Below, one piece after another: positions 61,947 to 64,000 of a stretch of 64,000 nucleotides of DNA (positions within the stretch are counted from its first letter, which is position 1; the number at the start of each line of letters is the position of its first letter). The notes below the pieces were generated by a model. The model searched no databases. It was not told the DNA's origin and saw nothing but the letters and a program-made list of their open reading frames with translations. A program made the translations under genes and the position numbers. Source of the stretch: an uncultured Actinomycetota bacterium. Its GTDB lineage: Bacteria; Actinomycetota; Actinomycetes; Actinomycetales; Dermatophilaceae. The stretch is taken from contig CAVQLI010000008.1 of assembly GCA_963713345.1 (NCBI GenBank), positions 530,606 to 594,605 on the forward strand, read 5' to 3'.

Positions 61947-62435
61947 ATGACCGACCAGAGCTTCACCACCACCTTCTCCGTCGACCGCAGCCCGCGGGAG
62001 GTGTTCGACGCCATCAACGACGTGCGCGCCTGGTGGTCGGCGGAGGTCGAGGGCCCGACCGACGTCGAGGGCGAGACGTTCACCTTCCGGGTCAAGGACC
62101 TGCACCGCTCACAGATCCGCGTCTCCGAGCTGGTTCCCGGCGAGCGCGTCGTGTGGACGGTCCTCGAGAACTACATGAGCTTCGTCGAGGACCAGACCGA
62201 GTGGGTCGACACGCAGATCCGCTTCGACCTGACGAAGCGCGACGGTGGGACCGACGTCCGGTTCACCCACGTCGGACTCCTGCCGGACCACGAGTGCTAC
62301 GCCGTCTGCTCCACGGCGTGGGACTACTACCTGCGCGAGAGCCTGCCGAACCTCGTCACGACCGGTGAGGGCAAGCCGGAGGGCAAGCCGGACGACGCCC
62401 TGCGCGGGCCGGAGCCGAGCCTCGTCACCGGGTAG
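61947..62435 (+). CDS. SRPBCC (AHSA1/START-like) domain protein
   Basis: EVFDAINDVRAWWS, EWVDTQIRF, FTHVGL...ECYAVCSTAW and SLPNLVTTGEG motifs. Confidence 0.9.
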   Translation: MTDQSFTTTFSVDRSPREVFDAINDVRAWWSAEVEGPTDVEGETFTFRVKDLHRSQIRVSELVPGERVVWTVLENYMSFVEDQTEWVDTQIRFDLTKRDGGTDVRFTHVGLLPDHECYAVCSTAWDYYLRESLPNLVTTGEGKPEGKPDDALRGPEPSLVTG

Positions 62436-62456
62436 CTGATCGCCGGTTCGCGGGAG

Positions 62457-63002
62457 TCACCTCGGGACGCAGCGCATCTCGACGATGCCCGAGCCGAAGA
62501 CTCGGGTGTCGGCGAGGTCCAGCTCGGAGCGGGCACTTCCCGCAAGGGCCACGGGAGTCCCGCCCCCGAGCAGCACCGGGTTGACGGCGAACCGGTACTC
62601 GTCGATCAGCCCGTGGGCGCTGAGCGTGCCGGCGAGGTTCGCGCTGCCCATGAGGACCGCAGCCCCGCCGTCGCCGCGCCGCAGCTCGCCTACGGACGCA
62701 ACGGGATCGGTGTCGACCCGTGCGTTCGGCCAGGCCGTTTCCCGAGCGGTATGCGAGAAGCCCACCTTGTCGAGGGCGTTCATCCGGTCGGCGACCGGTC
62801 CCTCGGCCGACGGCCAGTACTGCTCCATGCCGGCGAAGGTGAGGCCGCCGAACAGCAGCGTCTCGGCCTGGTCGAGCAGCTCGACGGAGTAGTCCAGCCA
62901 CTCCTCGTCCGCCCGGAACCAGTCGATGGTCTCGAACCCGGTACCCGGCGCGGCCGAGTACCCGTCCAGGGAGCTCATCACGGACCAGATCACGCGTCGC
63001 AT
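62457..63002 (-). CDS. Dihydrofolate reductase-family (RibD C-terminal) protein
   Basis: SSLDGY, LLFGGLTF, GSANLA and LIDEYRFAVNPVLLGGG motifs. Confidence 0.9.
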   Translation of the reverse strand: MRRVIWSVMSSLDGYSAAPGTGFETIDWFRADEEWLDYSVELLDQAETLLFGGLTFAGMEQYWPSAEGPVADRMNALDKVGFSHTARETAWPNARVDTDPVASVGELRRGDGGAAVLMGSANLAGTLSAHGLIDEYRFAVNPVLLGGGTPVALAGSARSELDLADTRVFGSGIVEMRCVPR

Positions 63003-63012
63003 GGCCGCCCCC

Positions 63013-63882
63013 TCACGCGGTCTTGCGCGTGTCGGCCCAGGCCTCGTGCGCGGTGCGCACCGAGGTCCAGAGGGCGATGAGCGCTTCAGCCGGGACGTCG
63101 TCGTCGAAGGAGAGGTCGAACTCGCCCTCGAGCACGTCGAGCCACTCGTGGAGGCTCTCGCACGTCCGCGTCGTGACCATGTCGCCGTCCCGCCGGGTGA
63201 GGACGCAGCCCCGCATGACGGTGGTCCCGGTCGCGTGACGCCGCTGCGCGGTGACGGTCTTCGCGAAGCCCGACTCGGGCGACGTGGAGTTGTAGAGGTG
63301 CCGCGCCGCGAAGACGTCCATCGCGACCGGCTCGTCGACGAGGCTCACGCCGGTGAACGAGCCGGACGGGTCGTGCGTCAGGTGCCAGTCGCCGACGCCC
63401 TCGGCTCCGACCTCCGCCATCCCGAAGCGCGTCGGCCCCTGCGCGACCACGCCGTCCACGAGCGGCATCGGGTCGTACAGCGCGTCGCCGAGACCGGCGT
63501 CCACCCACCAGCGGCCGCCGGGGTTGTGGTCGGTCGGCAGCCCCTCGACGACCAGGGCCGCGTGGTTCCGCAGCGTCGACTCGTTCGGACCGCCCGCCTC
63601 GTGCACGCCGGCCACGTTGACGGAGACCTGGTAGCCCAGCGCCGTCAGCAGCGTCCGGAACGCCCCGTTGAGCTGGTAGCAGTAGCCGCCGCGCCGGCTG
63701 GTGGCCACCCGCCGCGTCGACTCGGCCGCGTCGATCCCCCAGCCCTGCGCCAGGTGGATCCAGAACGTCTCGTAGGGAACCCGCTCGACGTGCGCGCGGT
63801 GCAGCCGGGTCAGGGCCTCGGCGGACGGCGGCTCGGCCTCGACGCCGAGACGGTTCAGGTATGCGGCGGTGATGGTGTCCAT
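63013..63882 (-). CDS. Arylamine N-acetyltransferase family protein
   Basis: HVERVPYE; catalytic triad Cys (RRGGYCYQLN), His (NHAAL), Asp (VDAGLG). Confidence 0.9.
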   Translation of the reverse strand: MDTITAAYLNRLGVEAEPPSAEALTRLHRAHVERVPYETFWIHLAQGWGIDAAESTRRVATSRRGGYCYQLNGAFRTLLTALGYQVSVNVAGVHEAGGPNESTLRNHAALVVEGLPTDHNPGGRWWVDAGLGDALYDPMPLVDGVVAQGPTRFGMAEVGAEGVGDWHLTHDPSGSFTGVSLVDEPVAMDVFAARHLYNSTSPESGFAKTVTAQRRHATGTTVMRGCVLTRRDGDMVTTRTCESLHEWLDVLEGEFDLSFDDDVPAEALIALWTSVRTAHEAWADTRKTA

Positions 63883-64000
63883 GTCGTCCTCCTCGAGTGC
63901 TTCCGTTGGGACGACTCTGACGCAGTCGTGGTCCGCCGACCAGGTCCACTCGGACACCGCTTCGTCGGACCAATTCCCCGGACACGGTGCCCGCAACTAG

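Overview
High-GC (about 70% by eye) actinobacterial chromosome segment; gene content suggests Micrococcales or a related soil actinomycete (inference). It contains the conserved core block mscL - SAF - MTAP - FmdB - K+/H+ antiporter - penicillin acylase - 5-formyl-THF cyclo-ligase - UGPase - moeA - moaC - mog - rimJ-like - sepX/glpR - tRNA-Ala(CGC), flanked by accessory DNA. A roughly 9.1-kb integrase-less island sits at the 3' end of tRNA-Ala(CGC), bounded by a 43-bp direct repeat. It carries a membrane-anchored CHAT (caspase-like) protease, redox/efflux genes and a 32-bp tandem hairpin array. tRNA-Arg(CCT) is followed by two paralogous secreted beta-helix proteins. The most intriguing signal is a Zn-alcohol dehydrogenase - MoxR AAA+ - vWA operon. 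Its AAA+/vWA junction has the layout of a -1 programmed ribosomal frameshift (internal SD, G-run, 6-nt spacer, strong stem-loop), which would give both a short AAA+ and an AAA+-vWA fusion. Caveat: at least 11 single-base frameshifts in 8 genes, including housekeeping genes, suggest indel errors in the assembly. All calls are motif recognition by eye; no searches were run.
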